Source of the DNA: an uncultured Candidatus Saccharibacteria bacterium
GTDB taxonomy: Bacteria > Patescibacteriota > Minisyncoccia > Phycocordibacterales > SBAW01
Assembly (NCBI GenBank): GCA_964363205.1
Contig: CAYIHD010000004.1
Span: forward strand, 1 to 43,811
DNA length: 43,811 nt
Direction: 5' to 3'
Made by a program: the position numbers and the translations under genes. Every line of letters starts with the position of its first letter. Positions within the stretch are counted from its first letter, which is position 1. Below, one piece after another: positions 32,358-41,035 of this stretch. The notes under the pieces are model-generated. The model was given only the letters and a program-made list of their open reading frames with translations, did not search any database and was not told the origin of the DNA.

Positions 32358-33401
32358 CTTAACGAGGGTGAATTTGCCGTCTTTGCCGCGCTTGAAATAC
32401 TTTTGGTTCTGGAGGTTGACGACAATAGTGCCCGGCTTGACGTGGCGCTCCTTGAGCACCTTTTCGATTATCTGGTCGCGGGTCAGCGGGCCGTTTTTGC
32501 GCAGAACCTCGCGTACGACATCGCGTACCACGCCCTCGGTGTATCCCCACTCGCGCAGAGCGTACATACCGCGGCCGACAAGCACAAAGCGCGGGTCTTT
32601 AATAAGCTCGTTGTGCGTCGTGGCGACATGCGCCTTGCGCGCGAACATCTTTTCAATCAAGGTCGCGACCTCGCGGAAGTGCAACGGAGAGCCGTGCTTT
32701 TTGACCGCCAAATAGGCAAAGTCACGCACGCCCTTGGTCTTAACGTTTTGCGATGTCGCCTGTCCCCACTCGCCCAGCGGGTTCTTGCCGATTGATTTCG
32801 AAATGGTGAGCCAGCGGCGCATCACCTCGCTGTTGCGATGCTTGTCGTTGATTGTTTGGAGCTCTTTGAGGAAACGGTCTATCATCTCGCCCTCCGGTAT
32901 GAGGTCCTCGTCGGAAAGCCCGCCGTACAGCGTTTTGAGCGCGCTCTCAACCTTGCCGGCCAGCTCGGCGTCGACGTACCAGCAGCGGTTGATTTCGTCA
33001 TCCTCTTTGCGGAACTTAAACGGGTCGCCGAGCACGAGCAGGAAGTAGATATGGTTCTGCATCGACTTGTCCTTGGTCATAAAGTTGAGCAGGTCGTCCT
33101 CGCAGACGATGCCGCCGAGACTGTCGATGATGCGCTCAAGCTCGTGGAAGGCGGCTTCCGCGGCTCCGAACGCCGGCGACTTTTTGAGCGCGGCAAGAGC
33201 GTGGTTTTCTATCTGGCGGACGCGCTCCCTAGTGATACCGTAGCGTTTGCCTATCGCCTCAAGCGTTACGCGCTCGGAGGAGGTGCCCAGCCCAAAGCGG
33301 CTTTCGAGCACGATGCGGGAGCGCTCCGGCAGAGCGACCATAAGCTTTTTTACAATAGCCTTAGGTTTAAAGCCTGTTTTGTCCGCTGGTTGTGTTGCCA
33401 T
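32355..33401 (-). CDS. Sigma-70 region-4 domain fused to a HARE-HTH-like domain
   Basis: 348 aa. The N-terminus has RIVLESRFGL...TLEAIGKRYGITRERVRQIENHALAALKK (sigma region 4). The C-terminus has HGSPLHFREVATLI...THNELIKDPRFVLVGRGMYALREWGY (HARE-HTH-like). Confidence 0.75.
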   Translation of the reverse strand: MATQPADKTGFKPKAIVKKLMVALPERSRIVLESRFGLGTSSERVTLEAIGKRYGITRERVRQIENHALAALKKSPAFGAAEAAFHELERIIDSLGGIVCEDDLLNFMTKDKSMQNHIYFLLVLGDPFKFRKEDDEINRCWYVDAELAGKVESALKTLYGGLSDEDLIPEGEMIDRFLKELQTINDKHRNSEVMRRWLTISKSIGKNPLGEWGQATSQNVKTKGVRDFAYLAVKKHGSPLHFREVATLIEKMFARKAHVATTHNELIKDPRFVLVGRGMYALREWGYTEGVVRDVVREVLRKNGPLTRDQIIEKVLKERHVKPGTIVVNLQNQKYFKRGKDGKFTLVK

Positions 33402-33410
33402 GTGTGTTAT

Positions 33411-33439
33411 TGTATATCACGCCTAAATTTTGGTGTCAA
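33411..33439 (-). promoter_or_regulatory. Candidate promoter TTGACA-17-TATACA, 9 nt from the start codon (near-leaderless)
   Basis: The minus strand reads TTGACA (33439..33434), a 17-nt spacer, TATACA (33416..33411), then ATAACACAC and the ATG at 33401. Confidence 0.6.
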
Positions 33440-33448
33440 ACACAATCG

Positions 33449-35728
33449 TTATACCACTATGTTTACTATTTTACCAGGGACATAGATTACCTTCTTTTCC
33501 GGCTCCGTGAGCCACTTCCCCACTACCTCTCGGGCGGCAGCGAGTGCCTCTGTTTCCGTGGCGCCTGTGGTGAGTTCTATCGAACCACGCACCCTGCCGT
33601 TGACCTGCACGGCGATAGTGACTGTCTCCGCGACCAATTTAGAGGCGTCATACGCAGGCCAGAGAGACAGGTCTATAGAGTGTTGCTCCGCCAACTCGGC
33701 GGCCATGTGCGGCGCAAAAGGCGCGAGGAGTTTAACAAATGTTTCGTAGGCAACCTTTGGTGCACCGGCTTCAATCCCGTTGAGCAATATCATTAATGAC
33801 GAAACCGCCGTGTTCATTTTCAAGCTTTCGATATCATCGCCCACTTTTTTGATGGTTTGGTTCAGGAGCGTGTCTACACTAGTGGCTAGTGGCGAGTCGC
33901 TAGGGACTAGTCTCCACACTCTTTCCAAAAAGCGCTCCGTACCGGCGATATTGCGGGTAGCCCACGGCTTCATCGCCTCAAGCGGACCCATAAACATCTC
34001 GTACATGCGCAGTGCATCGGCGCCGAACTTGGCGGTCATGTCATCGGGGTTAATAACATTACCCCAACGCTTGCTCATCTTGCGGCCGTCCTCCGCCAAA
34101 ATGATGCCCTGGTGACGCAGCTTGAGAAACGGCTCGCCGAAAGATATGTATCCCATGTCGCGCAGTGCTTTGGTAAAAAAGCGCGCGTAGAGTAAGTGCA
34201 AAACCGTGTGCTCCGCCCCGCCGACATAGAGGTCGACCGGCAGCCATTTCCGCGTCGCATCCTTGCCCGCAAATTCCTTGTCGTTTTTCGGGTCGGCAAA
34301 GCGGAAAAAGTACCACGACGAGCAGGCAAAGGTGTCCATGGTGTCCACCTCCGGCTTCCAGCCCTTGCCGAACAACGCTTCGGTGCGCTCGGCCAACTCT
34401 TTCGACTGTCCCAGAGGCGAGGTTCCGGTCGGCTTAAACTCAACATCGGTCGGCAACATCCAAGGCAAGTGCTCCTCGGGCACCGCGTGCGGCTTGCCTG
34501 CGGGGTCATAAACGATAGGAATAGGCGCGCCCCAATACCGCTGGCGAGATATCAGCCAGTCGCGCAAGCGGTATTTTTTTGTCCATGTTCCGCCGACTCT
34601 TTTAGTAATTTCTTTTGGATCCTCAAGCTCTATCTCACGTATCGGTAACCCGAACTTCTTTGCAAACTCAAAGTCGCGCTCGTCGTGCGCGGGCACGGCC
34701 ATGATGGCGCCGGTGCCGTAGTGGCCGAGAACATAGTCGGCGACCCACACCGGAATTTCCTCTTTATTTGCCGGATTTATCGCCTTAACGCCCCTCAACT
34801 CCACACCCGTCTTCTCCTTCCCTTCCGCACTCCGGTCAATATCCGACTTGTTCTTTGCTCCGTTTACATACTTCAGTACTTCTTCCTTGTTTGATACTTG
34901 CAACTTGTTACTTGCTACTTCTTGCAGCAATGGGTGTTCCGGCGCAAGCACTAAATAAGTAGCGCCGAACAAAGTATCCGGCCGCGTCGTAAATACTTTG
35001 ACGGACATCTGATGTCCTTCAACTTTGAATTCTATTTCTGCGCCTTCTGACGCACCTATCCAGTTGCGCTGATTTATTTTGGTCGATTCGGGCCAGTCTA
35101 CTTGGTCGAGCGAGTCGGCAAGCTCGTCGGCGTAGTCGGTTATTTTAAAGAACCACTGCTCGAGGTCGCGCTTTTCCACCTTGGCGCCGCTGCGCTCGGC
35201 GGTGCCGTCGGGCAACACTTGCTCGTTGGCGAGCACGGTCTGGTCCACCGGGTCCCAGTTTACCAGCGCCTTCTTTTTGTACACCAGCCCCTTTTCAAAA
35301 AATTTGGCAAAGAGCCACTGTGTCCAGCGGTAGTAATCGGGGTCGTGCGTGCCGACCTCGCGCGACCAATCGTACGAAAGGCCGAGCGCTTTTATTTGCT
35401 TGCGGAAGTTGTTTATCGACTTGTCGGTTGTTTCCTGCGGCGGCACGCCGGTTTTGATGGCGTAGTTTTCCGCCGGAAGGCCGAAGGCGTCCCACCCCAT
35501 CGGATGGAGCACATTAAACCCGCGCATGCGTTTGTAGCGGCTGTAGATATCGGTCGCGGTATACCCTTCCACGTGGCCGACATGGAGCCCATCGCCGGAA
35601 GGGTACGGAAACATGTCGAGTATGTATTGTTTCGGTTTGTCTGAATTTTCTTCCGCGCTAAAAGTACCGTCTTTTTCCCACTTATCCTGCCACTTATTCT
35701 CTATTTCTTTGTGATTATATTTTTCCAT
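33449..35728 (-). CDS. leuS: Leucine--tRNA ligase
   Basis: 759 aa. It starts MEKYNHKEIENKWQDKWEK and has PYPSGDGLHVGHVEGY (HIGH), TTRPDTLFGATYLVLAPEHP, VPAHDERDFEFA and KMSKRWGN (KMSKS). Confidence 0.95.
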   Translation of the reverse strand: MEKYNHKEIENKWQDKWEKDGTFSAEENSDKPKQYILDMFPYPSGDGLHVGHVEGYTATDIYSRYKRMRGFNVLHPMGWDAFGLPAENYAIKTGVPPQETTDKSINNFRKQIKALGLSYDWSREVGTHDPDYYRWTQWLFAKFFEKGLVYKKKALVNWDPVDQTVLANEQVLPDGTAERSGAKVEKRDLEQWFFKITDYADELADSLDQVDWPESTKINQRNWIGASEGAEIEFKVEGHQMSVKVFTTRPDTLFGATYLVLAPEHPLLQEVASNKLQVSNKEEVLKYVNGAKNKSDIDRSAEGKEKTGVELRGVKAINPANKEEIPVWVADYVLGHYGTGAIMAVPAHDERDFEFAKKFGLPIREIELEDPKEITKRVGGTWTKKYRLRDWLISRQRYWGAPIPIVYDPAGKPHAVPEEHLPWMLPTDVEFKPTGTSPLGQSKELAERTEALFGKGWKPEVDTMDTFACSSWYFFRFADPKNDKEFAGKDATRKWLPVDLYVGGAEHTVLHLLYARFFTKALRDMGYISFGEPFLKLRHQGIILAEDGRKMSKRWGNVINPDDMTAKFGADALRMYEMFMGPLEAMKPWATRNIAGTERFLERVWRLVPSDSPLATSVDTLLNQTIKKVGDDIESLKMNTAVSSLMILLNGIEAGAPKVAYETFVKLLAPFAPHMAAELAEQHSIDLSLWPAYDASKLVAETVTIAVQVNGRVRGSIELTTGATETEALAAAREVVGKWLTEPEKKVIYVPGKIVNIVV

Positions 35729-35786
35729 TTGTGGTCGCCTGTCCCGTAGCCAGCTCTGCTGTGGTACTGGGATACTTTTCCGCCAT
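35715..35786 (-). CDS. Candidate 23-codon upstream ORF overlapping the leuS start
   Basis: AAGGAG lies 4 nt before the ATG at 35786. My hand translation is MAEKYPSTTAELATGQATTNGKI*. The stop codon lies 9-11 nt inside leuS in another frame. leuS itself has no SD. Confidence 0.3.
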   Translation of the reverse strand: MAEKYPSTTAELATGQATTNGKI

Positions 35787-35851
35787 AACGCTCCTTAAAG
35801 TACCACAAAAACACCCGCCTTGTCAGCGGGTACTTATCGGATTTTCAGACA

Positions 35852-35881
35852 ATAAAAAAGCCCCGAACCAAAGTCCGGGGT
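35852..35881 (-). terminator. Intrinsic terminator after the 345-aa gene
   Basis: On the minus strand, CCCCGGAC-TTTG-GTTCGGGG forms an 8-bp stem including one G.U pair, followed by CTTTTTTATTG. Confidence 0.8.
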
Positions 35882-35906
35882 TATTATTGTGTCGCGAACG
35901 GCGGTA

Positions 35907-36944
35907 TCAAATCAGAAATTCGGACTTGACGACCATGTCGACCACCTGCCTTTCGATCGGAAAATCGCCGAATTGGGCGATAATCGCTACCGCGCTTTCG
36001 TGCTCGCAGTAGATGATCGGGCATTTTTCGAGCCACTCCTCGAAGCTCGCATAGCCGCGGTACGGCCCTGTCGGCTTTCCCGTTTTGACCTCGTTGGCAA
36101 AGCGGTCAATCTCGCGCCCGTATATCTCCGCAGTACTTTCAGAAAACGAGATTGCATCGGCGACTGCGGCAACTTTGAGCTCAAGGCTTTTTGCTTTGAG
36201 CAGTGTCGCTGCGACATCGTCCGGCGGCTGCGGCAACACGAGCCGCGCCGACAGCGTGCTCATGCCCGGGCTTATGCCATCGGGAAGGAGTCCATGCAGC
36301 TGCTTTGCCCACGACCCCTTTACTTTGTAGCTGATATACGCCTTTGCCAAAACTCTCTCGAGCCGTTCCGCAACGGCCCCGTCATTGAAGCCGCAGATAA
36401 ATGCCTCGACAATAAACCATGAGGCACCGACAGCGGCACCCAGTACCGCCGAACTCCACCACTGGAAGCTTGCCGTGGTATACAGCAGGACTCCCGTGAC
36501 AGCACCGACGAGCACACAGAGTCCGATAGCGGCACAGACCAGCGCGGTCTCGCCGAATGAGGCACTCTTGCGAGCCATGGCGTTTGACACGCGCACTTCG
36601 CCTTTTTTGTCCGGCGCGAGCCGATAGAGGTCGCTTTCTTTGCAGATGCGCTCCCAGGCCGTTTTGGGCACGATGGCGAGCGGCGTGATACCAAGCCTGT
36701 TCAAAGTGGCCGCGACGGCACCGCGATGCTTGAGGTATTGGACAACCACACTGCGACGCTGCGCCGAAGCGTCGTCGAGCACCCGGCGTTCGGCTGCTTC
36801 GTCCTTAAACGAAAAGCCGGCAACAACCGCCAGTCCCGCTTGCGCTGCGCGTTCCCGCACAGTGGTAGGAATGGACGGAGTTTTCTTTTCGTGGGCGAGC
36901 GCTTCGCTTACTGCTTCGTCGATATAGGCGAGACTTGTCTTCAT
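35907..36944 (-). CDS. Hypothetical membrane protein
   Basis: 345 aa with SD AAGGAG 6 nt before the ATG. It has two central TM helices (ALVCAAIGLCVLVGAVTGVLLY; AVLGAAVGASWFIVEAFICGF). Confidence 0.7.
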   Translation of the reverse strand: MKTSLAYIDEAVSEALAHEKKTPSIPTTVRERAAQAGLAVVAGFSFKDEAAERRVLDDASAQRRSVVVQYLKHRGAVAATLNRLGITPLAIVPKTAWERICKESDLYRLAPDKKGEVRVSNAMARKSASFGETALVCAAIGLCVLVGAVTGVLLYTTASFQWWSSAVLGAAVGASWFIVEAFICGFNDGAVAERLERVLAKAYISYKVKGSWAKQLHGLLPDGISPGMSTLSARLVLPQPPDDVAATLLKAKSLELKVAAVADAISFSESTAEIYGREIDRFANEVKTGKPTGPYRGYASFEEWLEKCPIIYCEHESAVAIIAQFGDFPIERQVVDMVVKSEFLI

Positions 36945-37058
36945 CTCAAGCTCCTTTTTGGCTATGAGGTACTTCGCCCACTAACCGGGGCGCGACGGCA
37001 CTGAGTGTACCCTATAACACAGCACCCCTCTTGTAAAGGGTTCTTTGTTTTTGCGATG

Positions 37059-38024
37059 TTAGAGCCCTTTCGTAGGATACGGCTGGTAGAGTTGCGGGTC
37101 GATGGTGCGCGCAAAGCAGGCGCGGCCGGCGGGATGCTGCCAGTTTTCGCTTAGCTCTTTGCCTCCCATGTACACCGGGGTAGGTCGTGTGATTTTGCCA
37201 TTCTGCGCGGAGCGGCTTGCGTGCGTAAAGGTTGCACACAGCTCGAACGACAACGCTCCGGTTGTTTTGTACTCGTACGCGGCGCCGCTTTCCGGGTCTT
37301 TAGGTAGTACCCAGCCGGAAATCGGGTCGTTAAGCGCGTCGAGTGATGCGGGGAGTTTTTGTTTGGGTTGGTAATAGCTATACACAATCTGGCTTTGTAT
37401 CTGCCCGAGGTCGCCCACGCGCTGTTCGTCGATGCGGTAAGCGCGCTGACTCTGCGGCGTGCCGATAATAAAGAAGCCTGAACCGACGGTAACAACGACA
37501 AGCACCGCAACCGCCCAGTTGACCGAGCGCGCGTACTCCGGCTTGCGTTGCCAGTAACCCCACAGGTCTGCCATAAAGTGCATAAAGCCCGCCGACGCTA
37601 CAAGCAGGACCACCAGTACCTTGAGCAGAAAGCGCACGGTCAAATCCTCGCCGTTGAGAAAACTGGTGAGCAAGATGATAAGGTCGATGGCGATTGCGGC
37701 TCCCGCCAAAAACACGGTGAGGAAGAGCCCCCAGCGGCGCACCCATATTTCGTTCCGGCTCGGGTCGGCCGCGATGTTGCGGCGGATGACGCGCATGAGG
37801 ATAAGGAACACCGGCGCGAGCACGATGAGGCTCGCCATCTCGTACGACACGCCGCCCTGATACGGGTCGACATAGTAGTAGTTGAGCGCGGTGTCCGGGA
37901 ACACGTAATTGATGTAATCGAAGATGAGCGATACAAAAGAGAATATGCCCGCGTACAGAGCTATCATCGCCCCCGCCCACAAAAAGAAGTCCTTCGGCGT
38001 TGCTTTTGGTTTATCCATATACAA
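37059..38024 (-). CDS. DUF5671-like polytopic membrane protein
   Basis: 321 aa. The N-terminus PKDFFLWAGAMIALYAGIFSFVSLIFDYINYVFPD and several more TM helices resemble the DUF5671 family widespread in CPR. This is a by-eye match. Confidence 0.7.
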   Translation of the reverse strand: MYMDKPKATPKDFFLWAGAMIALYAGIFSFVSLIFDYINYVFPDTALNYYYVDPYQGGVSYEMASLIVLAPVFLILMRVIRRNIAADPSRNEIWVRRWGLFLTVFLAGAAIAIDLIILLTSFLNGEDLTVRFLLKVLVVLLVASAGFMHFMADLWGYWQRKPEYARSVNWAVAVLVVVTVGSGFFIIGTPQSQRAYRIDEQRVGDLGQIQSQIVYSYYQPKQKLPASLDALNDPISGWVLPKDPESGAAYEYKTTGALSFELCATFTHASRSAQNGKITRPTPVYMGGKELSENWQHPAGRACFARTIDPQLYQPYPTKGL

Positions 38025-38125
38025 ATAGACGTTACTAAATAATACTTGTTACATAAGCATAGCACATTGCCCCTTTTGTCAAACTTTGGTATTGTCGCTT
38101 CAGAACAAAAGTACGAGCAGCCCAA

Positions 38126-38356
38126 ATGAAAAACGAATTACCGCTTGCGACCCAAAAACGTCTCATTTTAAGCGTTCTCGCAACTTACGCCGACAATCTG
38201 AAAAAACCGAAGGAGGAGCATATACCCTGGCACATTACCCCATTGGGATGGGCTGAGTATTGTCACCACTTCGACAAAGAGGTCCGAGACGCCGCTCGCA
38301 CGCACCCCTGTTGTCCGGCACAGTTTGTGGCACAACCGCTGACCCTTACTGCTTAG
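38126..38356 (+). CDS. Small hypothetical protein (76 aa)
   Basis: No SD. A possible TTGCCC-17-TATTGT promoter lies upstream. A + strand-specific terminator directly overlaps its stop codon, which supports a real + strand transcript. Confidence 0.4.
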   Translation: MKNELPLATQKRLILSVLATYADNLKKPKEEHIPWHITPLGWAEYCHHFDKEVRDAARTHPCCPAQFVAQPLTLTA

Positions 38357-38380
38357 CTGTCCTCCGGGACGGCTTTTTAT
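38355..38380 (+). terminator. Intrinsic terminator (+ strand)
   Basis: AGCTGTCC-TCCG-GGACGGCT forms an 8-bp stem with one G.U pair, followed by TTTTTATTT. Confidence 0.7.
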
Positions 38381-39331
38381 TTATCCGTGCAAAAATTCAA
38401 TGACGTCGCCGTCTTGGACGATATACTCCTTCCCTTCCGTGCGGATTTGGCCCAGCTCGCGCGCTTTGGCAAAACTGCCGGCTTCCAAAAGCTTTTGCCA
38501 GTTGATGACCTCGGCGCGGATAAATTTTGTCTCAAAGTCGGAGTGTATGGCGGCTCCTGCTTTAGGCGCGGACGCTCCGCGCACAATGGTCCACGCGCGC
38601 GTCTCATCCTTGCCGGTGGTAAAAAAGGAAATCAACCCCAAGAGCTCATAGCCCGCGCGGATAAGCCCGTTGACGCCGTCTTCAAAAACGCCGTACTCCT
38701 GCCGAAACTCCTGCTTGTCATCCGCGTGCAGTTCGCGCAACTCGCTCTCGACGTGCGCGTCGACAACACAGTAGTGCGCTCCCGTGTTTTCAAAAAATTC
38801 CATCAGCCGGCGCCACCGCTCGTCGCTTGGCGTCTCGTCCAAATTGTGCCCGCCGGATTCTTTGTTGAGCACGTAGAGCATCGGCTTGCCGGCGAGCAAA
38901 CGCGACTTATCTTTTGTTTCTATATCCGCAAGCGCAAGCTCGGTATGTATGAGCTCGATGTCGGCGAGCGGGTTTATATGCTCCTGCGTGTTGGCAATGT
39001 TCGGGTTTTCAAAAATCCGCACCACGTGCGCAATAGCATCCACCTGCCGGATGTGCTGGAGAAACTGGTTACCCAACCCCTCCCCCTCCGACGCGCCTTT
39101 GACCAAGCCCGCGATGTCGACAAACTCCACTGCCGCGGGTACATCTTTTTCCGACTGGCTTAAGGCGGCCAGCTTTACACGCCGCTCATCCGGCACCGCC
39201 ACCACCCCGACCGACGGGTCGATGGTGGCAAACGGGTAGTTAGCAACCAAAACGCTCTTTTTTGTAAGAGCGTTAAAAAGGGTGGACTTGCCGACATTCG
39301 GCAGCCCGACAATTCCGATTGAGAGAGCCAT
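38381..39331 (-). CDS. ychF: Ribosome-binding ATPase YchF, short form
   Basis: 316 aa. It starts MALSIGIVGLPNVGKSTLFNALT (G1), followed by ANYPFATIDP, and has a C-terminal TGS-like IRTEGKEYIVQDGDVIEF. Confidence 0.9.
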   Translation of the reverse strand: MALSIGIVGLPNVGKSTLFNALTKKSVLVANYPFATIDPSVGVVAVPDERRVKLAALSQSEKDVPAAVEFVDIAGLVKGASEGEGLGNQFLQHIRQVDAIAHVVRIFENPNIANTQEHINPLADIELIHTELALADIETKDKSRLLAGKPMLYVLNKESGGHNLDETPSDERWRRLMEFFENTGAHYCVVDAHVESELRELHADDKQEFRQEYGVFEDGVNGLIRAGYELLGLISFFTTGKDETRAWTIVRGASAPKAGAAIHSDFETKFIRAEVINWQKLLEAGSFAKARELGQIRTEGKEYIVQDGDVIEFLHG

Positions 39332-39347
39332 GAGAAATGAATATACC

Positions 39348-39962
39348 TTACTCTCCGCGCTTGGCCAACCAGGCCGCCTTGCGGCGCCAGTTATTTTTTA
39401 GCCATTCCGGCGCGGTGTCCGTGGGACCAAAGTGGGTTGCGCGGGTTGTAAACCCCGCAAACCACAGTATCACCAAGCGCAACTCGTTGGTAAAGTCGCC
39501 GAACAGCAAATGCCCCAACAACGGCGAGTTGCCGGACAGCACCATGATGCGCGCCGTCCTGCCTTTTAACCGCTTGTGCCAACCAAGCGCGCGGGTGCCG
39601 TTTTTATGCTTGCGCATATTGAACGCGAACCCCGGCAGCCACATGCGGTCAAACAAACCCTTAAGAAGCGCAGGCATGGTCGCCCACCACAGGGGATAAA
39701 TAATAACAAAATGCTCGCACCATTTAATTGCCTCCTGCAGAGCAACAAGGTCGGGCTCGAGCGGCTGTATCGCTTTGTATCCTTGATGGAGTATCGGGTC
39801 AAAATTCATTTCGCCAACATTAAACCGCCGCACCTCGTGGCCGGCTTTTTTGGCCGCGGCTTCGTATATAAGCGCGAGCTCGCCGGAGAGCGTCGCCCCG
39901 GTATCGGGATGTCCGAGCAGCACGAGAATTTTTTTAGGCTTATGGTCGCTGAAAAATCCCAT
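39348..39962 (-). CDS. Flavodoxin-like fold NAD(P)H dehydrogenase (quinone) family protein
   Basis: 204 aa. KILVLLGHPD and HFVIIYPLWWATMPALLKGLFDRMWLPGFAF are typical of the Flavodoxin_2 (KefF/MdaB/NQO-like) family. Confidence 0.8.
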   Translation of the reverse strand: MGFFSDHKPKKILVLLGHPDTGATLSGELALIYEAAAKKAGHEVRRFNVGEMNFDPILHQGYKAIQPLEPDLVALQEAIKWCEHFVIIYPLWWATMPALLKGLFDRMWLPGFAFNMRKHKNGTRALGWHKRLKGRTARIMVLSGNSPLLGHLLFGDFTNELRLVILWFAGFTTRATHFGPTDTAPEWLKNNWRRKAAWLAKRGE

Positions 39963-39966
39963 GAAA

Positions 39967-40854
39967 TTACAGGTTGCTTAATTTAACAACCGGCGGACGG
40001 TTGTGCTTGCTGATGTCCGCGGGAGTCTGCGGCATGATACGCAGAGCCGGCACGAGCATGTGGTCTATTATCTCTTGTATGACGCCGGGCTTGTGCGCCA
40101 CAGCAGGAGCTGGCGCAGGCGGTGGCGGCGGCTTAGGCGCGGGAGGCGGAATCGGGCGCGGAGCCGGAGGCGGCACCGGTTTAGGAGGAGGTGGCGGAAC
40201 AAACACCGGCGGAGGTACCGGCTTGGGAGGCGGTGGCGGCGGAGGCGGTGCGGGTTTAGGAACAAAGCTCGGCGGAGCAACAATAATTTGTGGAGGAGGA
40301 GGCGGTATATAAGGTCTTGGAGCAGGTGTTTGGATTGGCGGCGCGGGTTGTGCCGGGAAAAATCGCATGAGCCACACCAGGCCCGCCCATACCGCCAAAA
40401 AGAATACCAGCCAAACAACGTACAAAAATATAAGCGTCGTCCAGGTCGTAATGGGCCCCAAGCTGTGCACCAAAAAGAGCGCGTACCATGTGCCGCCGGC
40501 AAAACCCGCCAATGTGTTGCTCCAGCGGGACATTCGATTGCTTCTGAAAAAAGCCCATAGCACCGCGCCGATCAAAAACCATTTAAAAATAAACGCCGGA
40601 GCAAAGAGTATGTCGAGACTGCCCGAAAACATATGGACGACAATCGCCGCCGCGCCGGAGGCAACGATAAGAAAAAAGCCGGCATACAGAGCTTTGCGCG
40701 CCGCCTCCGCGCTGCTTGCGTGCGGCGACTCCTGCTCGCCGTGGCGCACGGCAATGAGATGCGTAAACAAAAGCACGGTCTGCGCGCCGACACCGAGCAT
40801 GATGCCGAGCTGCTGTGCTACATAAATAACAAAAAAGATAAACTCCCCCGCCAT
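39967..40854 (-). CDS. Membrane protein with an extreme proline-rich C-terminal region
   Basis: 295 aa from the ATG at 40854 (MAGEFIFFVIYV). It has about 6 TM helices, then about 80 residues of PPPPP/KPVPPP repeats. The longer track ORF (to 41088) runs antisense through the tRNA and is rejected. Confidence 0.75.
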   Translation of the reverse strand: MAGEFIFFVIYVAQQLGIMLGVGAQTVLLFTHLIAVRHGEQESPHASSAEAARKALYAGFFLIVASGAAAIVVHMFSGSLDILFAPAFIFKWFLIGAVLWAFFRSNRMSRWSNTLAGFAGGTWYALFLVHSLGPITTWTTLIFLYVVWLVFFLAVWAGLVWLMRFFPAQPAPPIQTPAPRPYIPPPPPQIIVAPPSFVPKPAPPPPPPPPKPVPPPVFVPPPPPKPVPPPAPRPIPPPAPKPPPPPAPAPAVAHKPGVIQEIIDHMLVPALRIMPQTPADISKHNRPPVVKLSNL

Positions 40855-40925
40855 GCGTTTATTGTAACACCACTGGAAAGTACAAGTTTTAATTTTGTGA
40901 AAAGTTTTGTAAGATAAAGAACCTT

Positions 40926-40998
40926 GGGCCCGTAGCTCACTTGGTAGAGCGCTTCCATGGCATGGAAGAGGCAACCGGTTCGATCCCGGTCGGGTCCA
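40926..40998 (+). tRNA. tRNA-Ala (anticodon GGC)
   Basis: A 73-nt cloverleaf folded by hand. The acceptor GGGCCCG/CGGGTCC carries a G3:U70 pair. The D stem is GCTC/GAGC, the anticodon stem CTTCC/GGAAG with loop A-T-GGC-A-T, and the T arm ACCGG-TTCGATC-CCGGT. CCA is not encoded. Confidence 0.9.
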
Positions 40999-41001
40999 CA
41001 A

Positions 41002-41030
41002 TAAAAAAGCCGCCCAGCTGAGCCGGGCGG
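41002..41030 (-). terminator. Intrinsic terminator after the alpha/beta-hydrolase gene
   Basis: CCGCCC (41010..41015) pairs with GGGCGG (41025..41030). On the minus strand it is followed by CTTTTTTAT. Confidence 0.65.
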
Positions 41031-41035
41031 TGTTG

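Noticed and set aside
35729-35906. T-box riboswitch upstream of leuS, suggested by a GTGGTAC string.
   Set aside because: The leader is far too short once the upstream terminator is subtracted. I could find neither the conserved T-box sequence (AANNNGGGTGGNACCGCG) nor a specifier-loop architecture.
39974-40560. Gly-rich and Arg-rich + strand ORFs (39974..40312, 40003..40560).
   Set aside because: They are mirror images of the polyproline-coding repeats on the minus strand (CCN read as NGG).
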